Source of the DNA: Saprolegnia diclina VS20 | Lineage: Eukaryota | Length of the DNA: 64,000 bases | Direction of reading: 5' to 3' | Assembly: GCF_000281045.1 (NCBI RefSeq) | Contig: NW_008246102.1 | Location: forward strand, 240,992-304,991 | Position numbers and translations under genes: made by a program | Shown: positions 11,313-25,773 of the stretch, in pieces | Layout: each line of letters begins with the position of its first letter | Numbering within the stretch: the first letter of the stretch is position 1 | Notes under the pieces: model-generated | What the model saw: only the letters and a program-made list of their open reading frames with translations | Told to the model about the DNA's origin: nothing | The model's database searches: none

Positions 11313-12816
11313 GTTAGCTCTTTTAATGTCAGAGAGTGTTCCCGTTTAAACTAAGCCGGCCGACGAGACACCGGCGCCGACGAACGACTTGGTAACCAAT
11401 CAACCACACGGACCAATCACCGCGTGGCAAAATTATCGAAAGCGAGAGGATTTACCTCTCAGAACGCATAATCTCGAGCCGGCTATCGACCAGTCAGCGT
11501 ATTTGAGTGGAGGGCGGTCCGGCCCGAATTTTGGCCAATGAGAACGACGCAACGTAATCCCAATTTGGATTGGCTATTGCCTCGGCGATGCAGGCGCCGA
11601 CGACGCGCCGGTCATGCACGAGCTGCCGCAAAGCACTGAGGCTCTGTGTGGCAAAGAAGCTGGGCGTGGCAACATGTCTGGCTGGCTCTGGCTCTGGCAA
11701 TGACATGCTTGGCGCATTGCGCCATCGTGGCGTGGCCATCGTGTTCTATGACGATGTGCTGGCTGCTATGGCCGTGGCCCGAGGATCGAGACACCAGGTT
11801 GGCCAGTAGATGCGCATCGTTTATGGCTCCCTTGTGCACCAGAAGAGTCTTGTGACTTCTAGCATAATCCATGCAATTGGAAACGTCCTGGCGACGAACA
11901 ACGAACGGGCTTGCGCATGGACGTGAAGCAGCAAGATGATGACGATGATGTACGAAGGTGGATGGATACCGGTGAGGTTTCCCCAATGGCGCTGGTAGTG
12001 TATGGAAGAGTGCAGACAGGTGAGAGACGTAGAGGAAGATAGTTGGGTCTGGTGGCCATTGTGCATACAAAGTACTTTACATATATCATATCTGCGTCAA
12101 GAGCCACGTTTCGCGTGGACCGAGACACAAGGGGCCACGCACTGAACAAACCACCGCCTTGGATGACGCCAGCTCTGCGAACCGTACCGGTAGCGCGGTG
12201 GCAAATCGGTTCCGTTGCAATGATGCACTTCGATGTCCCTCGCTTCCACACGCGTGGTAGACACGAGGGTCGGCGCGTTCTGCAACGCTGCGTCGATGGA
12301 TGATCTATCAGCGTAGCAACGGAGACACACTCGTGGGATTCGGTCCATGCACGTCGATGCCCATGGAGACTAGGAATGGCATCTGCGCCAAGTAGACCCC
12401 ACATATGGCCTTGCTGCTTTGGGCTTTGCACAGAATGACGCCACAATGCATGCGTTCCTTGCAGTACCACCGATGCGCACACTCAATCCATGGAAGCTAC
12501 CGCCATTGGGCGTGTCGTACACGTAGCATTCGCGTCCTGCTTCAACCCGGCCGTCATCCAACGCGCCTCCGAAGTCCCGTCGCCGAGCACCGCGTCGATG
12601 GCCGCTTTGGGCGTCAGCTCACATGCCATGAACACGCATACCAAGCCCATGCTACCGTACAGCCAAGGCCGTCCGCAGCGGATCGCCCGCCATGGCGCTT
12701 GGCGCTCGGCCTCGTCCTCGCCGTGGTTGTCCACCTTCGAAATGGAAGGATTTTGACCAATCGGATCCGGCGCTTGCATTTTCGTGGTATTCTGTGGTAT
12801 CGAGGAGACCCGTCGG

Positions 12817-13656
12817 ATGGGGAAGAAGAAGCGCAAGGATGGCATCGACGAGCCCAAGATCGCCAAGGTCTACTGCTACTACTGCGAGCGCATCTTCGAG
12901 GACGAGAAGGTCCTCATCATGCACCAGAAGAGCCGCCACTTCAAGTGCAACTTTTGCAACAAGAAGCTCTCGACCGCCAGCGGCATGGTCGTCCACGTCG
13001 CGCAGGTGCACAAGGAGACCATCATGACCGTGCCCAACGCCAAGCCCGGGCGCGACTCGGTCGAGGTCGAGGTCTACGGCATGGAAGGCGTGCCGGGTTA
13101 CTCCAAGGTCGACAACGACCCGAACAAACGCGCGCGCCTTGAGACGCCGACCATGTTTCCGCGGCCACCGGTCGCCGCCTACCCGATGCCAATGCACTAC
13201 CCTGTCGCGCCGCCCGTCGTCATGGGACCGCCGCGTGGCCCACCGATGGGGTTCCCGATGCGTCCGCCGCCACCGCCGCCGCATCTGCTCATGCGCGGTC
13301 CGCCGCCCATGATGATGCCGCCGCACATGGCCTTCCCGCCCGGTGTCATTCCTCCGCACATGATGGTTCCGCCGCCCCTCGCCGCCATGACGAGCGTGTA
13401 CGTCGCAACCATGTTGCATGCGTTGTATCTACCCATGCAAGGATAGGCCCGACGAACCGACTTCAAGCAAGGACGAGGAAGCCTTCCAGGTCGTCTTGGC
13501 CGCGCCGCAGCCCGGCATCACGTTTGTGTTTCCAGAAGACAACCTGTCGATGGTACAACATCGTCGACATCTTATCTCTTATGCTGACGACGATCTCTGT
13601 AGGAAGAGAAGCGCGCGCTCTTACCAAAGTACCGTACGTACACGAATGCTCATTGA
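12817..13656 (+). CDS. ZNF207: BuGZ/ZNF207 (SUF4-like) zinc-finger protein; 3 exons
   Basis: MGKKKRK...YCYYCERIFEDEKVLIMHQKSRHFKCNFCNKKLSTASGMVVHVAQVHKE...VPNAKPGR...EVYGMEGVP, a Pro-rich middle and the C-terminal SMEEKRALLPKY motif. Confidence 0.93.
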
Positions 13657-13687
13657 GAGTCTTCATTGTCGTATGCGCGTCGCCTCC

Positions 13688-15828
13688 TTATGCAGCCTCG
13701 TCGCCTCGCACTGCCTGGTTGTTGTCGTTCTCGTCGTGGGTACTCGTGGCGTCGTTGTAGTTGAAGTTGTTGGGGACGGCGACCGTGTTGTTGGGCGTGG
13801 CGTACCCACCGTAGCTTGAGCAGTAGTTCTGGAACATTTTGGTCTCCTGGAAGAAGCTCCGCGGTGTGCCCTGCAGCATGTACTCGGTCTCGACTGGCGT
13901 CGTCACGAGGGACCGGGTGCCCCGCTTGGAGTGGCGCCCCGACGACGCCGGCGACACGGCCGGGATGTCGTACATGTGCAGCAGCATGTCGGAGGAGGCT
14001 TGGGGTGATGCCGCCGGCAGCGCCGCCATCGAGCCTTTCGACGAGAAGCTCATGCACACATCCGCGTTGCACGGGACACTGGTCGATGTCTCTTCCGTGT
14101 TGCGCAGGTATGACCTAGTACAGCATCAGCATACTCCTTCCTCTCGCATGAGCGTACTTGCGGGCAATCCGGATGCGGTCCTTGGCCGTGAGGTGTTGCG
14201 GCTGGAGCTCGTCAAAGCCGTTGTTGTTTTGGCCGTGCGGGTCCTGCTCGACAAAGAAGCCCGCAAGACTCATGACCAGCACGAGGCTCGGCATGGTCAG
14301 CGGCGTCAGTATAAACAGCGACGCGAGGGGCGCTAGCACCATGCACGCCAGCATCCAAGTTGGCAAGAGCGGGTCCTTGGCGACGACGAGCGTGAGCCAG
14401 ACAAGGTAGAACGCTTGGCCCGTCGTCGAGAGCTGGAAGAGCCGCAGTAGAAACCACGGCCGGTGAAACCAAAACCGCGTGTCGTGGTAGTGCAGCTGCC
14501 GGTGGCACAAGACGGACATTTGCAGTCGGATCGTCGCCCGGATCATCTGGGCGACGCCCTTGAGCGTCGGGCGCCTACAACACCGTGTATACATCATCAT
14601 CCACTGTTCACTGTTGAGCAGTACCGGCGCTCGGGCGACATGAGAGCATCGTCGGACGACCGCTGCAGCATGGCCTCAATGTCTTGGCGCGTCAGCACCA
14701 AGAGACGGTCCTTGATGATGCCCTTGAGAATTCGGAGCGTCTTGATCATGATGACAAAGGTCAGGATGGCTAGGCACGTCGCGAGTCCGAGGAAGACGTA
14801 GGCCGTCGCAGTCGGGAGCGCGCCGGCCGCCACGATGAGCACGACGAGTACAAAGAACGTCGTGTAGTGCAGATGCGCGACGGTCGCCAGGAGGTGGCGC
14901 GTGCAGAGCGTGTGGAAGCGGCGGAAGCTCACGTGGTGCGACGACCGGTGCGAGAGGCCAAAGATGCGCTGCATCTCGCTCGGGTTCTTGTACAAATACT
15001 TGCTCCGGTACTGGCACACGTTGTACGCCAAGAGCTCGAAACTCTTCCATAGCGCAAACTGCTTGAGCAAATTGAACTTGAAGAAGACGCCTTCGCGCTT
15101 GTAGCGCTGCCGGAGCAGGTAGTACATGCGCGACGCATGGACAAAGTTGTAGCCTAGCATAGCGCCGCTATTGTATGTAGCCATCGAGGACCGACAGGAC
15201 GGGTACCCGAGGTCTCATCGCGCGTCCGCTTGGCGTCGTACTGCCGCGAGTAGACGACTGACGGGCTCAAGAGCGGTTCGTCCGCGTCGGCGTGCTCGAG
15301 CAGCGGTGTCGCATCGTCCTGCTCGTCGCTCGGCGTGCCATAGAGCAGTCGTGGCACCACTGTAGCAATGACGAGGAGCAGCAGCATGATCGCCACGTAG
15401 TACACCGTCGTCATAAAGACCACGTAGTGAAAAAACTCTTGGAAGTGCAGCAGCTGGAGGCGCGTGAGGTCGTCGACGCCGAACGAGACCTCCTCGACGA
15501 GGCCGCTCGTGTCGATGGCAAAGATGCACTAGGACAGGATGCCATGAGGGTCATTGGCAGCATGATGCATGTCTACCATCGAGATGAAGCCCATGATCAT
15601 GAGCTCCTCAAAGAAGCGGTTGACGATGCGCTTCATCTGCGGGCACTGGATCGCATGCCGGGAGTACGCGAGGATCGCGTCGAGAACGACCGAGATGGCG
15701 ACGATGACGGCGACGAGGAAGGACGCGTACCCGAGGTGCATGGAGATGCACTCGGCGTTGCCGACGCCAAGGAAGGAGGCTTGCGCGCTGCAGGCGGTGG
15801 CGCCGCCGGCCTCGACGCTGGCGCCCAT
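13688..15828 (-). CDS. MLO-like multi-pass membrane protein; multi-exon
   Basis: Motifs match the plant MLO pattern: VAVIVAISVVLD...EELMIMGFISM (cf. ELMLLGFISL), FWFHRPWFLLRLFQ (cf. FWFxRP) and LTMPSLVLV (cf. TLPLYALV). Several hydrophobic helices. Confidence 0.75.
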
Positions 15829-17023
15829 CAAACAACCAAGTCGGAAATGCTCGACTGTGCCAGAAACCGCCGAAGCATAAAACACGCAGTCGCATACAAG
15901 GGAATGACGACCCGACGATCCAGTTGCGTCCAGTTGGATCGCGGGATAGGTGGATAGTTGGTCGTATCCGATGGATACTACTATGACCAGTGGGATCATT
16001 CGGTCGTCTCCTACATCGCAGCTTGGCTGGCAGCTTGCGGTTGGATCGCTTGCATCGCACCACGAGAGCTAGAGACGTCAGTGCGTTGATCTGGTCCTAT
16101 CGCCAAGACGTTGGATACATCAAAAGGCTATCGCATGGATCATTCTTGCCATTCTGGGGATTTCAGCAGAGGTTTGGGATGACGTGTCGGATACCGACTG
16201 GTGTACCCATGCGTGTCGCCTCGTCGCGATAGCGCATGTGACAAACGGGCGTCGAACGCCGAGATCAGCGGAGAAGCACCAGCTTGCCTGTGCTCGGGAC
16301 GACGCGAGTTTGCCTTTAGTGGTGGCTACCGACACGGAATGGAGAGAGTGCTCGCAAGGCAGTAAGTAGGACGTAGAAACGCTGACGTGCCCATCATGCC
16401 GGCGCGATGGAGCATGAGCGGCTGCACCCAACAAACGGTGACGAGGGATGGGCGAAAGGTTGTTCAAGTGACTCAATTTGGATTGAACTAGGGCAAATAG
16501 GAACCCAAAATGACCCGAGCAAGTGGCCGTACAACCAACGACTCGCGCCAAACGGCGTTGGACAAGGATTAGCAGCTGGACATAGCTACTTGCACGCGCC
16601 TCGTCCCAAGATGGCCAGGCCTCCCAAGCCGGGACTCCCAGTCGCGAAACCAATCAGGCGTTTGGTTTTGGACGAGCTACCCGTGCGGTCGGAGCTCCCT
16701 GTTTGGCCCGTGCAAGCGTGTATTGCTGGAGAGTTATGACGCCAGGAAGCTCGAGCTTTGTCTATGGTGTGCGTGGTCTAGATAGGAAACTGAATAAGAT
16801 AGTTCATGTGGATAAGTTGGTATTGTCGGTATATCAGATCAAATCAAAGAGTTTTCGCGAAGGCCGAGATTCACGGTGCGCGACAGCCATGGAGAATCTG
16901 CCTTCTCATGCGTGACCAATATAAACTGCCTGTGAGATGGCTTGTCCCTCGCTGCGGTGGTTGCGCTGGCTCTGAAGCCACCACCCCGGAGTGAACCCGC
17001 GTTCGAGCCACTGAAACCGGACG

Positions 17024-17024
<1 letters not shown>

Positions 17025-17108
<84 letters not shown>
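17025..17108 (+). repeat. (GATA)21 perfect tetranucleotide microsatellite
   Basis: 84 nt of uninterrupted GATA read directly from the sequence. Confidence 0.98.
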
Positions 17109-18511
17109 CTAGTAGATGGATAGAAGTGCTGATGCACCTTTGGAGTCTCACTGCAGACGGTGGTGGCATGCGAGCACAAAAGGAGCACTAGACTCCAGGC
17201 GGCAATGATCCGGACCACCTCGTACGGCGCTCCGGAGACTAAGGCGAAGGATGTCGTCCACACTGACGACGAGACCATGGTTTGAGAGAAGGCGCCTACA
17301 TACTCGGTCATGACGCAGTAGCCGTCCCGTTGAGCAGGCTGCAGTGTACAGAGGGTGTGGCAAAACCACCCTATCGGGCTCGGACATTGCAACCTTTGTC
17401 CATGCTGCGAAGGCGGGGCGACAAGCAAGGCCATGGCGCCGAGGCCACGACTGCAGATTGACAAGCTCTCGCGTTGGTTGATCTATGGCACCGCCCAGCC
17501 GCGGCTCTTCGCGGACGATATCCGATGCTGTAAAACTAGAGATGCTTTCTGTTGTGGAACGCAAGATAGGTTGGGTGCGCAGCGCTCCAAATACCTTCGT
17601 TCTACTAGTACGCGATGGCTCGGTGCGGGCGACAACACGGAGCGAGAGTACCGGTCGACGCACTCGTGGCTGTCATCTCATTGTGCGTCACTGCAGTGGC
17701 TACGTTTACGAGCATCGCCCAGCAACGTGACGACATACATTATGTTTATGTCGTATCGTTGCGCTTTGATAGCACGGGCGAACGGAAGCGCCGGGACGTC
17801 AAGCTGGACTACCGGTAGCACACGAGACAACCAAGTGTCCTTGCGACCGTGGTCCAAATGCTACTAGAACAGTCGACCTCCTGCGGTGATATCAGCGCCG
17901 GCAAACGGTGCTCGGTGCTCGAACCGACGGCCTTTGTCGATGGTTCACGAGGAGCACAGGAGCCAATAAGATTGGCACACGCGGCTCGGTTGCCATGGTT
18001 CGTTCGCGAGACGAGCGGTGTGCCACATCAGTACGGCGTCGACAGGCAGGTGGCTACCTATGTGACACAGTCGCTTCCTTTGAAATCCAACGAGTGGCTC
18101 CCACTCTCCGTGTCCTCGAGTGCCCATGACGCAGCACCCGCTATGCCAGCCGCTGCAACCCTACACGCTAAACTTCCATTTGAACCAACGACGGGCTGGC
18201 TACGTCGGCGCTTGCGCGATGGTCCATGGCGCAAGCAGCGAACGCGCCTGCTGCTACGTGTGCTACCAGCCGCCGCGACCAGATCCAGCAAGCGGCCATC
18301 GCACTTCAACGTGGGCACATCCCTCGCGGCGCCATCCCCTCGGCGTTGATTGGCTGCCAGGAGCCACCGCGCTGTGATTGGTGACTTTTCTCACGGCGAC
18401 ACGTGAGTTTGGCCAATCAGCTTATCGCGTTTGTCGAGGTGAACTCTCCTCTCACTCTCTGTCGGAGAGTGGCAGAAATCCAGCGACTGGAGTCACTTCC
18501 ATCCCTGCACC

Positions 18512-20575
<2,064 letters not shown>

Positions 20576-21343
20576 ATGTCTTCGAGTACAATCGAGTCGT
20601 AGGACAATACAAACCCTTTTTTCCTCTTGCAAACTGAAAATATAACCCTACTCTCTGTCACGACGACTGCCCGAACCCTACTGACCGAGTAGCCGAGAGG
20701 ACCGATGCTAATAACTGCGGTAGTTGAGCGACCGTCGTCTTGTCGACGGCTTGTGTACATCGTAGTACTCGTACATGCTTTTGCCGCGCAAACCAACAGA
20801 CATGGGCGTGCGTCGTACTCGAGGAAGCTCCGAATCGGGAGAGAGGTGTGGCTTGGCATCCACCAACAAGCGTCAACATGCGATGCCATGCCATGCTTGC
20901 AATGGCGCCGAGGTATATGCGTCCTTGATGGGAGCCGATGACATGTGGCTGCCACCTCGCACTGAGAACTCATATGACTTCTTTGGCCAAACGACCGAGC
21001 GCATTTGCTTGCTCGACCCGCTCCTCAACCAAGAAAATACGTACATGAAGCTCATCGTCGAGAAGATCACGCGCATGTAGCTTTGCTACAGTTGCTTTTG
21101 GGGGGTCGCGATGGCAGCTCCAGTCGTGGATGAGAGCAAGTGATGCACTTGATGATGGCTCGAGCTAGGGCTGCAAGCACCATAATGCATGCATGCGAGC
21201 CGCCATGAAGCATGCGGCGGCCGTTGCGAGCGCAATGCAAAGCAGCTGTGCGGACGTCCTACGTTCGGGTTCATGCGCGACTCGCTGCGTGGCTGCACCA
21301 GAGTTCAAGATCATGCGATCAAACGATGTCTAGTGGTGTTTTT

Positions 21344-22373
21344 TTAGTCCGACACGGTCGGCTGGAGGAGAAAGGACGCAATTTCCGCATCGAATTCGAC
21401 TTCGCCGCCGCCTTCGGTCGCCATGAAGCGCGTCATGTGCAAGCAACCGGACGCTGACCCGGTCGTCGTCTCGAGATCGACGCCGCTCGCGTACTCGAAC
21501 GTATGACCCGGCGCGATCACGGGGATGTGCCCCACAACGCCGGGCGAGTTGCGTGGCAGTACGTCGCGCTTGACCGAGTTGTGGTTGAAGACCCAGTGCC
21601 GGCCGTTCACGCGCACAATGTCTTCGCCTACACATGCCATAACTCTGTTAATGGCCCGCTACATGATGCACCGGAGTGAGGAGGACAACTACCGAGATTG
21701 CGGATGCGAATGCGGTACGTGTAGCGAAACCGGTTGGGCTCCGACTGTGTCGGAAGGAACTGGCTCGTGGCTTCAATCTCGACGTCGTCCGTGCAAGTCA
21801 CTATGTCGATGTGAGACCTTTGTCAAGTATGATATGAGGTGCGTACCGCTCGACGACTCGGCGAGAAGGCGCTGGCGCGAGATCTCGGGAATGACCCTAC
21901 ATGACGATGGCGCGCATGAGTACGGCAAGCGCAGCCGCAGGGCGATGGACGCTACCACATCATCTCGTCGATCTTCTGTGCAATGGTCTACCGCGCGGCG
22001 AAGACGTGGGTTAGGGTGCCAAAGGACTGTGTCGTGTACCTTGGGGTCGGTGAGCGTCGCGTTGGCGCGAAACGTGGCGCGGACGACTTCGCGCAGGTCG
22101 GCGCCACGGTGCGGCTCGAGGAGCGCTTGCAGGCGGACCCACGTCTCCTTGTCCTCGGGCGACGCGTAGGGCGACGCGACGACGCCGTCTTCGGGTGGCG
22201 GCAGCATGCCACCGGTGCCCCACTGGAGCATGCTCAGCGGCTCGCGCACGCGGAAGCCCGGGATCGCGCTCATCTTGCGCACATCACGGAGAATGACCTT
22301 GTACCTACATGGCCATCATGAGGCGCGGCCTATGCGCGTCGGCGTACAGGGCGCGGATCGTTGGCGGCCTCAT
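21344..22373 (-). CDS. ApaG-domain protein with an LYR-like N-terminus; multi-exon
   Basis: C-terminal GRHWVF...PGVVGHIPVIAPGHTFEYASGVDLETTTGSASG is the ApaG (DUF525) signature. The spliced N-terminus reads MRPPTIRALYKVILRDVRKM. Confidence 0.8.
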
Positions 22374-22696
22374 GCGTCCGTGCAAAAAATACACCGCTTC
22401 GACGTTTCTGGCCCAGCTGTATTTTTTTACCGGCGAAAATATACCTTGTTATTTGTATGTCATCTCGGTAGCGACAAAAGATTTGAGACGCGCCATTTGA
22501 TTGGCTGAAAAGATACTCAAGCCACCTTGAAGTTTGTATCGAACGCATAGGGATTGGTTGAAATGCACGTCCTGACGAATGCAACGGAAGTCGAAGACCA
22601 CATGGAATAAAGTCGATGGACCAACTAAACGACTAACTAACTACACATGCTGCTGAAAATCGAGACTAGGGTTGATCCAGGAGTTTCACCTTGCAG

Positions 22697-24010
22697 TATT
22701 TCGACTGTCACAGCTACGAGAGATGCAAGGGGACTACGCCCAAGCCAAGCTCTCAGCGTGGGAGCGCGAGCGTGCGATTCGCCTCGAGGCCAAACACCGA
22801 CGCGAGTACGCTCACAAAGTTAGCGCATCGACCGACTGCATCGAGTAGGAAGCTCGAGGCGGCCAAGCGCCATCCAGCGCCAGCGTCCTATATTCCAAAG
22901 CCGGCCGCAAAGACCACTGGCGACGAAGAGAAGCGTCCGGAAGCCAAACCCCGAGGCGCGCCGGAGAAGGCGTCGCCCTGCGTCATGTACTCTGGCCTTG
23001 TGTCGCAACCCGTGTTGACGAAGTGCTAGGGCCAAGCCATGGCTGGCACCCAAAATGCACAGCTTGGCCGTGCCCAAAGCCAGCTTTGGAAAAGCGCCGA
23101 GGACCGAGATGATGCCCGAGGTCGACGACGATGCGTTGAGCGTTGCTTCCGACAGCACCTGCTCCGAGCATGACGAGGAAGGCGATGACGATGGACCCAC
23201 TCGTCGCCTCGTCGACAGCTTGGACCTCTCAGTGGCGTTTGCGACACCGCCCAAGGCACAAGCCAAAGGTCATAACAAGGNNNNNNNNNNNNNNNNNNNN
23301 NNNNNNNNNNNNNNNNNNNNNNNNNNNNNNNNNNNNNNNNNNNNNNNNNNNNNNNNNNNNNNNNNNNNNNNNNNNNNNNNNNNNNNNNNNNNNNNNNNNN
23401 NNNNNNNNNNNNNNNNNNNNNNNNNNNNNNNNNNNNNNNNNNNNNNNNNNNNNNNNNNNNNNNNNNNNNNNNNNNNNNNNNNNNNNNNNNNNNNNNNNNN
23501 NNNNNNNNNNNNNNNNNNNNNNNNNNNNNNNNNNNNNNNNNNNNNNNNNNNNNNNNNNNNNNNNNNNNNNNNNNNNNNNNNNNNNNNNNNNNNNNNNNNN
23601 NNNNNNNNNNNNNNNNNNNNNNNNNNNNNNNNNNNNNNNNNNNNNNNNNNNNNNNNNNNNNNNNNNNNNNNNNNNNNNNNNNNNNNNNNNNNNNNNNNNN
23701 NNNNNNNNNNNNNNNNNNNNNNNNNNNNNNNNNNNNNNNNNNNNNNNNNNNNNNNNNNNNNNNNNNNNNNNNNNNCAGTTCGGACGAAGACGAGACGCCG
23801 GTGGTTGCAGCGTATGGCGGCGGCGCCCACGTGCGAGTGGGAACGCGCACAGCGCCGGGTGACCGGTGCTCGCTCGAGAAGCGACGAGCGACGGCGAGTG
23901 TGCAAGCGACGCGCGTTCGGAAGGGCCCGATCGAGACTCCGTCGTTGGAAAAGCCTGCCAAAGCCGACAAGGTTGTCGTCAAGAAGGAGTTTGCCTTCTT
24001 GTTCACGTAA
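22697..24010 (+). CDS. Hypothetical low-complexity basic protein interrupted by an assembly gap
   Basis: Coding-like segments lie on both sides of the gap (PKASFGKAPR, an acidic tract, ...KKEFAFLFT*). The start and exon structure are unresolved. Confidence 0.4.
23281..23775. other. Assembly gap (495 N)
   Basis: Run of N characters. Confidence 1.
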
Positions 24011-24716
24011 TACAACGTCCATTGAAAAGACATATTTGTACTCGAGTACTAACGCTGCTCGATACTAGTACTGTATACGCTATATGTAAAAGCAATCTGT
24101 CAGCAGATCTATGGCTGCCTTGGCACTACCCACGAGCGACCCAGCGTCTGCGTGAGGCTGGGCGTCTCGGTCCTGATCGTGGTGACAATGGCTTTACAGC
24201 GGCAAGAAGCGCCGTGAAGCTCTTGGATCGACGGCAGCGGCGGAGTGTACAACACCGAGACGTCACGTCACATGCGACGAGGCGCAAGTTTTATCCGGAT
24301 AAAAGCCCTCCGGATATCTCTGGGCGGCTCACGTTTGCAGTCGCCAAGCACCCAAGCGCCATCAGTCTCGTCGAGCGTCGCTGCAGGCCTCAGGCTACAG
24401 GCTACAGCGCTGCAGCCATAGCGTCGTCGGTAGCTATGCCAGCGGTAGCTATGCCAGGTACGTGTTCTGCATCGTCGGCCATGCGTTGTTGCGATCGCAT
24501 GCGCGCTGTGCTATCGACGGTCTATCCCAAGGCAGCGTGCTTCCGGCCGCCTGCGCGATCGATCTTCTATTTTTGGATCTTCAAAATATCGAACACGACA
24601 AAACGGTTTACCGTTTTACTTGGTATTTGTATGGTCGCACCTGGCGGCCGGCCGCCAGGGCTCGGCCACGTCATACTCCAAATTGCCCTCCGAGCCCGAT
24701 GTCGCGACAGGCGGAG

Positions 24717-25773
24717 ATGATGCGCGGCCCGGTCGCCGCTACCATCGACGACGTCGTCGAAGCCGTCGACCGACGCTTCAAGGCGGCCTACGAGCGAGCC
24801 CACGTTGCTGCCAAGCAACGCGCCCTTGCGGCCGTGTAAGTACCTATCACGTCGAATGGCACAGGCTTACAGGCGCTGTAGGCCCAAGGCGACCGAAATG
24901 GTCATCAAGAAGCGCCGCGCCGCCGTCGAGCCGACGACGTAAGTCCTGTTCCTCAAAACGACTAGGTAATTGAGCTGACAATGTATGCGCAGGCCACGGC
25001 CGATCAAGAAGACCGGCAAGAAGGATCGCGCATACTTCGAGGACCGACTTGCTCAGCTCCTTGCTGGTCAAGACGAGCTGCGTCGCGGGCAGGTCGCTGT
25101 CGCGCAGCATGTGACACGCGAGCGCGTGGCGACGGCGAAGGCCATGGAAGCGGTACATATTCCATTGCTATACATACGCAACTTGGGAACACGCTTCGTA
25201 GGTCCGGAAGCACGAGGCGGAGCCGCCTGAAATCTTCTTGTCGCATGTTGTCTTGACGGCCGAGCAGATCGACCTCCCGGTCGATGAGCTCGAGCCGATC
25301 CCAGATGAGTACGACGGTGACATTCAAGTGTACATCCGCGACAGTGTCGTAAACAAGGTCATCGTGGGGGGGCCGTACCCACTGCGCGTCCCGCGCGGGG
25401 GTTGGTGCCGGGAGGCGCTCAAACGCGCCATCAAGTGCACCATGGACACGTGTTCCCGGTGGTGACGTTCCTTGCCGGGTGCTTGTCAGCGGTGGGGTTT
25501 GCGCCGACTGCATCGTCCTCTGCTCGGTCGGTGCAAACACTCGCCGAGTCGGCGGTCAGCTACATCTTTCCCGTGCCATCGGCCCAAGACGCCCGGAAGG
25601 GCCATCGCATCCAGGAGATCCTCAAGATTGGCGATCCCGACCTCAAGTACGGCGGGAGCATGACAATCATAAGCCAAGACGGCGGCAAGGTCCTCCGCGG
25701 CACGGCGGACAACATTGCGGCTTACACCCGCGAGATGGCGGCGATGGCCGGCGACTCTGTCCGCATGGCGTAG
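24717..25773 (+). CDS. Hypothetical protein; multi-exon
   Basis: GC3-biased segments joined by short GT-AG introns, from MMRGPVAATIDDVVEAV to ...AYTREMAAMAGDSVRMA*. No family recognised. Confidence 0.55.

Noticed and set aside
16955..17024. B-box-like GTTCGAGCC just before the GATA tract (possible tRNA or SINE)
   Set aside because: No cloverleaf, T-stem or proper A-box can be built, and it is single-copy in the window.
16986..17146. ORFs with a YLSI/IYLS repeat
   Set aside because: These are translations of the (GATA)n microsatellite, not a protein repeat.
20775..21080. Short ORF ending ...NQENTYMKLIVEKITRM
   Set aside because: The tail looks coding-like, but no start, splice model or family could be supported.
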